Below the pieces are notes generated by a model that saw only the letters and a list, made by a program, of their open reading frames with translations, was not told where the DNA came from and did no database searches. From an uncultured virus (IMG/VR IMGVR_UViG_3300042894_002899) (Duplodnaviria; Heunggongvirae; Uroviricota; Caudoviricetes), in IMG/VR virus record IMGVR_UViG_3300042894_002899, positions 1 to 64,000 of that record: a stretch of 64,000 nt of DNA; one strand, written 5' to 3'. A program made the position numbers and the translations under genes. Position 1 is the first letter of the stretch, and each line of letters begins with the position of its first letter. Below are positions 21,094-29,441 of the stretch, in pieces.

Positions 21094-23291
21094 TGATTCA
21101 AGTATTTAACTTTAATATAACAGGAGATTGTAGTAATACAGGGAGTGGTGCGGTATCGTTTGATATTACTGGAACAACCCCAACAGTCGCACCTTTTAGT
21201 ATTACAGATGCGACAGGTCAAGGGTTATTACCCTTATCTGCAGCAACATTAACATATACGGTTACAGGATTAACAGGTGGAACTTATTACGCAACGATTG
21301 CCGATTCATCTTCCGAAAAGGTAGTCCAAAACATATACATATCGACGGGTACAACCGCAACAATAGATTCTACAGCACCATCTTGTGGTTTAGATAATGG
21401 GGTTATTACAGGGTTTACAAGTGCGGTTTATGGAAACTCAACATTTGAATTATATGATGGTGATAATAACTATATTACATCGGCAATAACACCAACGACG
21501 TATTATGAATTTACAAACCTTTCTGCGGGAACTTATTATATTGTAGCAAACGATGGTGGTGGATGTACCGGTATTACATCATCTGTCATTTTAACAACAT
21601 CAACAGGATTTACATTTGGTGGATATGTTGTTGATGATGCGAGTTGTATTGGTAGTGGTAGTGGTAAAATATTTATCACAGGACTTACACCTCCGGTCTC
21701 AGCATATACAATAAATTGGAGTTCAAATGTAGGGTCACAAACTGGTACCACAGTAACAGGATTGACGGGAGGTACTTATATCGTCTCAATAGAGAATCCA
21801 TCGGGATGTACAGGATCTCAGTCATTTTTTGTAAATACGGTAGCACCTTTAGAGTCTGCGGGTTTTATAACAATATCACAACCAAGTTGTTTTGCGAATG
21901 ACGGTGAAGTTGAGTTCCTAATTGCAAATGGTACCGCTCCTTATTTCTTTAGTGGGTCATCTGGTCAGGTTGAAATAACATTTGATACCTCGGTAACATT
22001 TACAGGATTATCATCGGGTGCTTATTCATTCTTAGTAACTGATGCTGGTTTATGTACCATTTATGATTCTGTGAGTTTAATAACACCTAATTCATTTAGT
22101 ACGGTTGCAATTAATACGACAAATTCGTTCTGTTCATCAAACGATGGATCTATTCAGGTTTTAGTGGATAATGGGTTGAGTAATGTTAATAACCTCCTAA
22201 CAACAATTTCAGGATCAACGGGAATACAACAAAGCGGAACAATAGGAAACCCAAACCAAACATTCAACGGACTACCTAATGGTAATTATTTGGTTACCGT
22301 GACTTCAGCGGGTTGTACATATACCGCAACAACAACCATAAGCTCTACAAATTTATATAGTGCAACAACGGCAGTTACAGGAACTACTTGCGGTAGTAAT
22401 AACGGCAGAATAGAGGTTACAGTTTCAACAGGAGGTACGTTACCCTATCAATTTACTTTGACAGGACCAACAGGACCAAACCCGTCAACTATTAATAATC
22501 CTGTTGGTGTGTTCACCAACCTAAAAGGTGGTAATTATACCTTGACAGTTCAAGATTCGGGATTACCGACATGTGTCCAAAGTTTTACGATTTATGTTGA
22601 TGTTAGTGATCCTGTTTATTTTAATTTATTCCCATCACAACCTTTAAATGGTAATGATGGATCAATTACAAGTTTTATTTATTCAGGAGAACCACCATTT
22701 AATTTGATTTGGAGTGGTGGAAGTATAAATGGTTACACAGGAAGTACAGTCACAGGTTTAACAGCAGACACATATAGTTTAACTTGTACTGATGCTAGTG
22801 GTTGTTCACTTACAAAATCTGTAATACTAACAGGAACTAAAAAATATGTTGATTATCGATATTATACAATTTGTGAAGAACAATTCTTTGATAGTGGATT
22901 GGTGCAGAAAAAATCAATAAGATCCATGTATTTGGAAGGTTTTAATGATCTTACAAGTGGGGATACAAATTGTATAATTAATTCTGCGGACTTCACAATA
23001 TATGCCGAGGTGGGGGGACAATCGGCACAAACCGAGTTCTATACCTCAACAGGTACTACCGATTACCCAAGTGACACGGTTTGGGCTGATGCGATCGTAA
23101 ATATATTAGAAGATTTTGTTGGTATTTCTGGTGTTACCGTAGATATCATATCAAATAGAATTACAATAACGGCAGCTTGTGAAGACTTAAAGAAGAATTG
23201 TGGTAATCAACCCATAAATCCATTACAAGATAGTGAAATAAAAGTTAATTTATTAATTGATTACGACATATCTTGTGTTAGTTGTAGTTAA
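21093..23291 (+). CDS. SprB-repeat structural/adhesin protein
   Basis: Repeated C..NDGxI...GGxxPYxF...FTNLxxGxYxxTVxDxxGC units. Confidence 0.7.
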   Translation: MIQVFNFNITGDCSNTGSGAVSFDITGTTPTVAPFSITDATGQGLLPLSAATLTYTVTGLTGGTYYATIADSSSEKVVQNIYISTGTTATIDSTAPSCGLDNGVITGFTSAVYGNSTFELYDGDNNYITSAITPTTYYEFTNLSAGTYYIVANDGGGCTGITSSVILTTSTGFTFGGYVVDDASCIGSGSGKIFITGLTPPVSAYTINWSSNVGSQTGTTVTGLTGGTYIVSIENPSGCTGSQSFFVNTVAPLESAGFITISQPSCFANDGEVEFLIANGTAPYFFSGSSGQVEITFDTSVTFTGLSSGAYSFLVTDAGLCTIYDSVSLITPNSFSTVAINTTNSFCSSNDGSIQVLVDNGLSNVNNLLTTISGSTGIQQSGTIGNPNQTFNGLPNGNYLVTVTSAGCTYTATTTISSTNLYSATTAVTGTTCGSNNGRIEVTVSTGGTLPYQFTLTGPTGPNPSTINNPVGVFTNLKGGNYTLTVQDSGLPTCVQSFTIYVDVSDPVYFNLFPSQPLNGNDGSITSFIYSGEPPFNLIWSGGSINGYTGSTVTGLTADTYSLTCTDASGCSLTKSVILTGTKKYVDYRYYTICEEQFFDSGLVQKKSIRSMYLEGFNDLTSGDTNCIINSADFTIYAEVGGQSAQTEFYTSTGTTDYPSDTVWADAIVNILEDFVGISGVTVDIISNRITITAACEDLKKNCGNQPINPLQDSEIKVNLLIDYDISCVSCS

Positions 23292-23294
23292 TTC

Positions 23295-23591
23295 ATGCCT
23301 AATCAAGTAACCATATTAAGTGCGGTTGGTATTACACCACCTTTTAGTGGAACTGCCTGTGATGTTTACGGAAACAACTGTGTTTATGTTGGTAGTGGGT
23401 CAACATTCCCAACCACATTTACTTTACCATCACAATTCAATACAGCACCTGCGTTACAATTAACTATTACAGATTCTGCGGGATGTACCCTAAGTGAAAC
23501 GATTTATTGTGAAGCCGAAGGTCAACCAAAACAGTTCCAAAATCTTGATTATTTCTTCTTTATGGGAGGAGACCAATATAATTTCCAATAA
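23295..23591 (+). CDS. Small Cys-containing structural protein, paralog of 33956..34177
   Basis: MPxQxTI..xG.xPF..xxCD....NCxY shared with the minus-strand ORF. Confidence 0.6.
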   Translation: MPNQVTILSAVGITPPFSGTACDVYGNNCVYVGSGSTFPTTFTLPSQFNTAPALQLTITDSAGCTLSETIYCEAEGQPKQFQNLDYFFFMGGDQYNFQ

Positions 23592-23611
23592 TACAATATT
23601 TATAAGTTGAT

Positions 23612-26299
23612 ATGGCATTACTAACAGATCAAATATTAGCGACAGGAGTTTCACTTAATGATTTAATACATATTGTTATTACGGGTGATACCTCACAAAA
23701 TCCTGCCGGTTCATCGTATAAAGCAACTATTCAACAAGTCGCAACTGCAATTGGTGGTAAAACTGGAACTAGTGGTACTTCGGGTACAAGCGGAACTTCA
23801 GGAAATAGTGGATCTTCAGGGTCTTCAGGTACTAGCGGAATAAATGGTACAAGTGGTACGTCTGGAACAGATGGAACTTCAGGTACAGACGGAACTAGCG
23901 GAACAGATGGAACTTCAGGTACAGACGGAACTAGCGGAACAGATGGATCTTCAGGAACTAGCGGAACTTCGGGTACTAGCGGAACAGATGGAACTAGTGG
24001 AACAGACGGAACTTCAGGATCGAGCGGTTCTTCAGGGACTAGCGGAACAGATGGATCTTCAGGTACTAGCGGAACTTCAGGGACTAGCGGAATAGATGGA
24101 ACTAGCGGAACAGATGGGACTAGCGGAACAGATGGAACTTCAGGAACAAATGGGACTAGCGGAACAGACGGAACTTCAGGAACAAATGGGACTAGCGGAA
24201 CAGACGGAACTTCAGGATCGAGCGGTTCTTCAGGGACTAGCGGAACAGATGGATCTTCAGGTACTAGCGGAACTTCAGGGACTAGCGGAACAGATGGGAC
24301 TAGCGGAACAAATGGGACTTCAGGAACAAATGGGACTAGCGGAACAAATGGGACTAGCGGAACATCTGGTACGGATGGATCTTCAGGGACTAGTGGAACA
24401 TCTGGATCAAGTGGTAATCCATTAACGGTATATGACTCATCATCAGGAGTAACAGTAACAAATGTTACTGGAATGACTTTCAGTGGATCATCAGTTGTTG
24501 CAAACGGACAGAATGTAATTATTACAATGACAGGGTCAACCGGTACATCCGGATCAAGCGGTACTAGCGGAAACTCAGGTTCTTCAGGTTCTTCAGGAAC
24601 ATCTGGATTAAGCGGTACATCTGGTTCGTCAGGAACTAGCGGTAATAGCGGAAGTTCAGGAACATCAGGATCAAGCGGTTCTTCAGGAACATCAGGATCA
24701 AGCGGTTCTTCAGGAACATCAGGATCAAGCGGTTCTTCAGGAACTTCAGGTTCGAGTGGTACTAGCGGTGCAATCGGAAAAGATGGTAATGATGGATCAA
24801 ATTCTGGTAGGTGGATTTACCAATCATCAGCAACAACAACACCATCAATTGCTAACTTCTCAACTGATTCAGACTCCGTTGGTTTTGTATCTAATATTTA
24901 CATTAACGATGAGTCAATAAATACTGTTGACTATACTTCATGGTTAGCCGGTATTGATACAATACAAGCAACAGGAAGACCTGTTTATTTACAAATTACT
25001 CAACTTGGTAATAATAGTATTATTGGTATATGGACCGTAGGTACAATTGGTGTAATCGGTACTGTGTATAGTTTTGGTTCACTTAGTCCTGTTGTAACTA
25101 ACGGAACTTTTAGTGTGGGTGCAACATATACAATATCTTGGGTTTACGATGGTGTTAGTGGAAGTTCAGGTAGTTCAGGTACAAGTGGGTCATCAGGATC
25201 ATCTGGAACTAGCGGAACTTCGGTTATTGTACCAGGATCAAACAACGAAATACTCACCTCAAACGGAGCTGGTGGTATTGTTGCGGAAAACTTAGCGACT
25301 TTTGATGGTACGACTTTAGCTTTAAATAAAAACAGCACGTCACCTAACATTACCTTAACTGATTCTGGATCAACATCTAATGATGTTTATATTAGGTTTT
25401 CACCAACAGCAACAACCGCAACATATGCGGTAGGTATCGATAAGAGTGACGGCAACACATATAAAATTACATATGGGTCGAATGTAACACCAAGTACCGG
25501 TAGTGCAAGATTAGAAATAACTTCAGGTGGTACAGTAAACATACCAACAAACAGTAACAACACTATATTCAATATAGGAACTGCGGAACAAGTTGGTGTC
25601 TATGCGACTACAACATCATCAGGGTTTAGATTTTATAATGGTTCCAGTAATATGGATCAATATAGTTCGATCATACAATACGATAATTTTTCCGAATACA
25701 CGACAAACGTAGGTAATACAAATAGTGCGGCTATTTCATACTTTACAAATATGGCATTGTCCGGTGAAACAAACTTTGGTTGTAATGCGGGGATTCCTGA
25801 TATGACTCTTTTTAACTCGGGATCAACGAGTAACTTCATAATAGGTGGTGCTGGTTTATACGTTAGATATAATTTAAGTGTTGATGGGAAAGTGAGGGTT
25901 GGAACTCAAGGTTCTGGAACTGGAACTGCAAATGTTTATAGAGACCCAACAACAGGTATTTTAGGTCCAATTTCTTCTGACGTTAGATTAAAAACAAATA
26001 TAACACAAATATCGGGAGCAACAGATATTATTTCTAATTTGAGAGGAGTTTACTTTAATTGGGTGAGTAATGAAGATTTTATAATAAGCGATGAATCCAA
26101 ACAAGTTGGTTTGATTGCTCAAGAAGTTGATCAGTATTTTCCTGAGGCGGTTACACCTAATGGTGTTAAAGATTATAAATCTGTTAAATATGGTGAAATG
26201 GTTTCATTACTTATTGAGGGTTTTAAAGAACAGAATGAAGTAATAAAATCTTTACAATCTGAAGTTGAGTTATTGAAACAAAGATTGGATAATCTTTAA
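23612..26299 (+). CDS. Tail fibre with Gly-X-Y (GTS/GTD/GSS) collagen-like repeats and C-terminal intramolecular chaperone (peptidase S74-like)
   Basis: SDVRLKTNI...LRGVYFNW...GLIAQEV...PEAV chaperone motifs plus terminal coiled coil; Gly at every third residue in three blocks. Confidence 0.85.
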   Translation: MALLTDQILATGVSLNDLIHIVITGDTSQNPAGSSYKATIQQVATAIGGKTGTSGTSGTSGTSGNSGSSGSSGTSGINGTSGTSGTDGTSGTDGTSGTDGTSGTDGTSGTDGSSGTSGTSGTSGTDGTSGTDGTSGSSGSSGTSGTDGSSGTSGTSGTSGIDGTSGTDGTSGTDGTSGTNGTSGTDGTSGTNGTSGTDGTSGSSGSSGTSGTDGSSGTSGTSGTSGTDGTSGTNGTSGTNGTSGTNGTSGTSGTDGSSGTSGTSGSSGNPLTVYDSSSGVTVTNVTGMTFSGSSVVANGQNVIITMTGSTGTSGSSGTSGNSGSSGSSGTSGLSGTSGSSGTSGNSGSSGTSGSSGSSGTSGSSGSSGTSGSSGSSGTSGSSGTSGAIGKDGNDGSNSGRWIYQSSATTTPSIANFSTDSDSVGFVSNIYINDESINTVDYTSWLAGIDTIQATGRPVYLQITQLGNNSIIGIWTVGTIGVIGTVYSFGSLSPVVTNGTFSVGATYTISWVYDGVSGSSGSSGTSGSSGSSGTSGTSVIVPGSNNEILTSNGAGGIVAENLATFDGTTLALNKNSTSPNITLTDSGSTSNDVYIRFSPTATTATYAVGIDKSDGNTYKITYGSNVTPSTGSARLEITSGGTVNIPTNSNNTIFNIGTAEQVGVYATTTSSGFRFYNGSSNMDQYSSIIQYDNFSEYTTNVGNTNSAAISYFTNMALSGETNFGCNAGIPDMTLFNSGSTSNFIIGGAGLYVRYNLSVDGKVRVGTQGSGTGTANVYRDPTTGILGPISSDVRLKTNITQISGATDIISNLRGVYFNWVSNEDFIISDESKQVGLIAQEVDQYFPEAVTPNGVKDYKSVKYGEMVSLLIEGFKEQNEVIKSLQSEVELLKQRLDNL
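23756..24421 (+). repeat. Coding 9-bp-period repeat, 74 Gly-X-Y triplets; includes a 94-bp exact duplication (23999-24092 = 24197-24290)
   Basis: Read directly: ggaactagc / ggaacagat / ggaacttca units. Confidence 0.95.
24533..24809 (+). repeat. Second Gly-X-Y block with a 3x 27-bp exact tandem (24659-24739)
   Basis: ggaacatcaggatcaagcggttcttca x3. Confidence 0.9.
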
Positions 26300-26337
26300 G
26301 ATTTACAACCTCTTTATTTTTAATATTTTTTTTAAAT

Positions 26338-27318
26338 ATGGAGAGCATACTATTCGTCTCAGCACAACCTGACGTACCATACTTTATTTGGCAAATAAAA
26401 TTATACGTACATAATTTTATCGAAAAAGGGATTAACCCCAACCAAATACACGTTGTTTTAGGACTGGTTCAAGGAAATACAAAACCATCTAAAGGAAGTG
26501 AACAACTTAAAGAGTTAGGTATTAACTTACATTACTTTGTGGATGAAAGATATAAGAAACAATATATCCCATCTATTAAACCATACCTCATTTCCAAGTG
26601 GATACAATCAAATCCTGACCACGGTAAGTTATTCTTTCTACATGATGCTGACATCATATTCAAAGACCTTCCAAACTTTAATGAGTTATTAAAAGATGAC
26701 GTGTGTTATCTTTCAGATACCGTAGGATATATAGGACACGATTATATTATGGATTGTTGTAGAAGATACGAAACAAAACACCCTACCTCAGAGAAAGGTC
26801 AACTTATAAGTGAAATGACGAATGTCATTGGTCTTGATGTTGAGACTGTTAAAGTTAATCAAGACAACTCAGGTGGAGGACAATACCTCATCAAAAATTC
26901 AAATTGCGAATTGTGGGATAAGATTTATAAAGACTCAATCAAACTTTACGATCAAATGTTAGATTACCAAAGAAGGTTCCCAATTAATCCAGGTCAAATA
27001 CAATTTTGGACTGCCGAAATGTGGTCACTACTTTGGAACCTTTGGATGTATGGTTTTGAAACAAAAATAAGTGATGAGTTAAGTTTTTCATGGGCAACAG
27101 ACGATACTCAAAAGTACGAAAAACACCCCATTTTACATATGGCAGGAGTTACCGACAATCTCAAATCTACAAAATTTTATAAAGGAGACTATATTAATAT
27201 GGACCCCATATTGAAAATGAGAGAAAACCCCAACCACTTCGATTATATCGACAAAGAGAGTTCCACAATAAAATATATTGAGAATATGAAATCTTATATT
27301 CAAAAATACAATATTTGA
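26338..27318 (+). CDS. GT-A glycosyltransferase resembling plant peptidyl-serine galactosyltransferase / Hyp O-arabinosyltransferase (GT96/GT95)
   Basis: YFIWQ..xxHNF, YIPSIKPYLISKW, HDADII (DxD), WTAEMWS in the same order as the SERGT1/HPAT motifs. Confidence 0.75.
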   Translation: MESILFVSAQPDVPYFIWQIKLYVHNFIEKGINPNQIHVVLGLVQGNTKPSKGSEQLKELGINLHYFVDERYKKQYIPSIKPYLISKWIQSNPDHGKLFFLHDADIIFKDLPNFNELLKDDVCYLSDTVGYIGHDYIMDCCRRYETKHPTSEKGQLISEMTNVIGLDVETVKVNQDNSGGGQYLIKNSNCELWDKIYKDSIKLYDQMLDYQRRFPINPGQIQFWTAEMWSLLWNLWMYGFETKISDELSFSWATDDTQKYEKHPILHMAGVTDNLKSTKFYKGDYINMDPILKMRENPNHFDYIDKESSTIKYIENMKSYIQKYNI

Positions 27319-27331
27319 TTATTTATTGTAA

Positions 27332-29413
27332 ATGGTAGAAAATTGTTATATACTTTATTCCTGTGATGGAAGTTATGATCCTATAGTATCTAATTATAGT
27401 GGTTTAAGTGCTTATTCATCTTCTTTTGTGACGATTGAAACTGATAGTCCATCAGTATCTGGTGATACATGTTATTATGTGTTAGATATTGGAGTTGTTG
27501 ATTGTGACCCAACTTATAATGTTACGGGAGCAACGAGTGGATGTAGTTGTCAGTGTTTTTGTTATCTAATCAAATCTGTAAGTACAACAACAGATGTTAC
27601 CTATGTTAATTGTGACAATGAAATAGTTGTTGATACAATAGTTGACGGAGTTACTTACAATATATGTAGTAAGGTATACCCACAATTCGACGTTCAAACA
27701 CAAATCCCAATTAAACTTACCGATATTTGTGTAGACAATCAGTGTCCCTCATCAATACCAACAGTAAAACCTACTAATGAATGTGATGTAATCACAATTT
27801 TCCCTATGGGTGTTACTTGTTCTGTTTTACAACCAACGAGTGATCTTACTTTTGATGGTGCCGCAACTTTAATTATTACAGGTGGAACTCCACCTTATAC
27901 GGTAGCTTGGGATTCAGGTAGTTATGCACCAGCACTTATTAACTTAGGTATTGGAGAATATAAAGCAACCGTGACCGATTATTATAATGATTTTACAGCA
28001 TTTACTAAATGTGTATTGACCGCAGAAACAACAACATTCTCAGGTATGTGTTTTGTTGTTTCAGGTTTGGTCGAAGATAACCTAACTTATATATCAACCA
28101 ATAGTTTAGGTTTAAAAAATGGTAAACCTTATTATAAACTACAGAACGGAACTACGGTATTGGGTTATGTATTTTGGAGCCAAGCTCAAGGACTTTGGAT
28201 TTTCTGTGAAAGTTTGGATTGTCAGGGATCATTCTACCAATCATTAAATAATAGTGGTTATTTATATCCTTCAGGTGATACGTGGAATGTTAGTGGTAGT
28301 ACTTCATATTATATTGAAGAGTCTTACCCTGGTAATTGTAATATACCATTCATACCAAAATCAGGTAGTTCTTTATGTGTAACCTTTGTTAATAGAAGTG
28401 AAGATGCTGACCTACCTGACACCGTAACAAATGTGGACATGGACCCAAGTGCCGATATCAACGGACAAATGAGTTGGACATCATCAACAGGTCAATATGT
28501 GATTTATTGGAATACAGGGTCAACACCTTCTCAGTGGACTTTCACAGGATATTCTAACCCATCTGTCTTAATTACAAGTAATGATCCATCTGATCCACCA
28601 ATTAGTAACTGGCAAGTTTTTGGTGCACCTGAAATATCAAGCTTTAGTGTTGTGGAAGGAAGTTGTTCTTCGTCTTATACAATATCCGTAAATGCTGTTG
28701 CGAATAGATCGAGTTGTAATGTAAATAACGGTAGTATTACCGTAGTTGCAAATGGAGGACAAGCACCTTACCAATATTCAATCAACGCAGGATTCACTTA
28801 TCAATCATCACCAATATTTAATGGGTTGGGTCCAGGTAACTACACAGTTTTTGTTCAAGATTCCAATTCAGTTGTAGGTGTTTTTAATGGTAATACAATA
28901 GTATATGCAAACTTACCAACAACATATAATCTTACACTTAGTGTGAATTATGTAACAAATTTATTCACCATAACCGCACCAACATTACCACCGGGGGTTA
29001 CGATCACATTTGATTTAGTACAATCCTCTAATTTCAGTTATTATCCATCAACACTATCACCGATACCAACATATAACAACATAACTACAATTACAGGTGT
29101 AGGAACAATGCCCCTAACGAACACAAACTCAAACACATATCCACTTGGTGGACCATGTTCTGCTGGAGGTGCGATAACAGTTACACAACAAACCAAAACC
29201 TATCAGAGTACAATTACCATGACAAGTAATCAAGTGATAACAGGATCAGTTAGTAATACTATTTCAAATAACCCAACTGGACCATGTCAAGATACCGCCG
29301 GTTACTATCAATTGTTAATTACAAATAATGGTATAAACAATTTCGCTAACCAATGTGATTGTTGTGTATTAAACGTAATAAACCCACCATTACCTGAAAT
29401 CCAAGTTTTATAA
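27332..29413 (+). CDS. Cys-rich structural protein with SprB-like repeats
   Basis: DGAATLIITGGTPPY...GEYKATVTD and NGSITVVANGGQAPYQYS...FNGLGPGNYTVFVQDS; TATTTAT at 27320. Confidence 0.7.
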   Translation: MVENCYILYSCDGSYDPIVSNYSGLSAYSSSFVTIETDSPSVSGDTCYYVLDIGVVDCDPTYNVTGATSGCSCQCFCYLIKSVSTTTDVTYVNCDNEIVVDTIVDGVTYNICSKVYPQFDVQTQIPIKLTDICVDNQCPSSIPTVKPTNECDVITIFPMGVTCSVLQPTSDLTFDGAATLIITGGTPPYTVAWDSGSYAPALINLGIGEYKATVTDYYNDFTAFTKCVLTAETTTFSGMCFVVSGLVEDNLTYISTNSLGLKNGKPYYKLQNGTTVLGYVFWSQAQGLWIFCESLDCQGSFYQSLNNSGYLYPSGDTWNVSGSTSYYIEESYPGNCNIPFIPKSGSSLCVTFVNRSEDADLPDTVTNVDMDPSADINGQMSWTSSTGQYVIYWNTGSTPSQWTFTGYSNPSVLITSNDPSDPPISNWQVFGAPEISSFSVVEGSCSSSYTISVNAVANRSSCNVNNGSITVVANGGQAPYQYSINAGFTYQSSPIFNGLGPGNYTVFVQDSNSVVGVFNGNTIVYANLPTTYNLTLSVNYVTNLFTITAPTLPPGVTITFDLVQSSNFSYYPSTLSPIPTYNNITTITGVGTMPLTNTNSNTYPLGGPCSAGGAITVTQQTKTYQSTITMTSNQVITGSVSNTISNNPTGPCQDTAGYYQLLITNNGINNFANQCDCCVLNVINPPLPEIQVL

Positions 29414-29441
29414 TTTGAATATTAGAATATTTATCATTTAA

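Noticed and set aside
23844..24425. Alternate-frame ORFs with ELAEQMELQ repeats
   Set aside because: Shadow translations of the GTS repeat; interrupted by a stop, with no start signals
23756..24809. Possible CRISPR array
   Set aside because: Repeats have 9-bp coding periodicity with no unique spacers, and no cas genes are nearby
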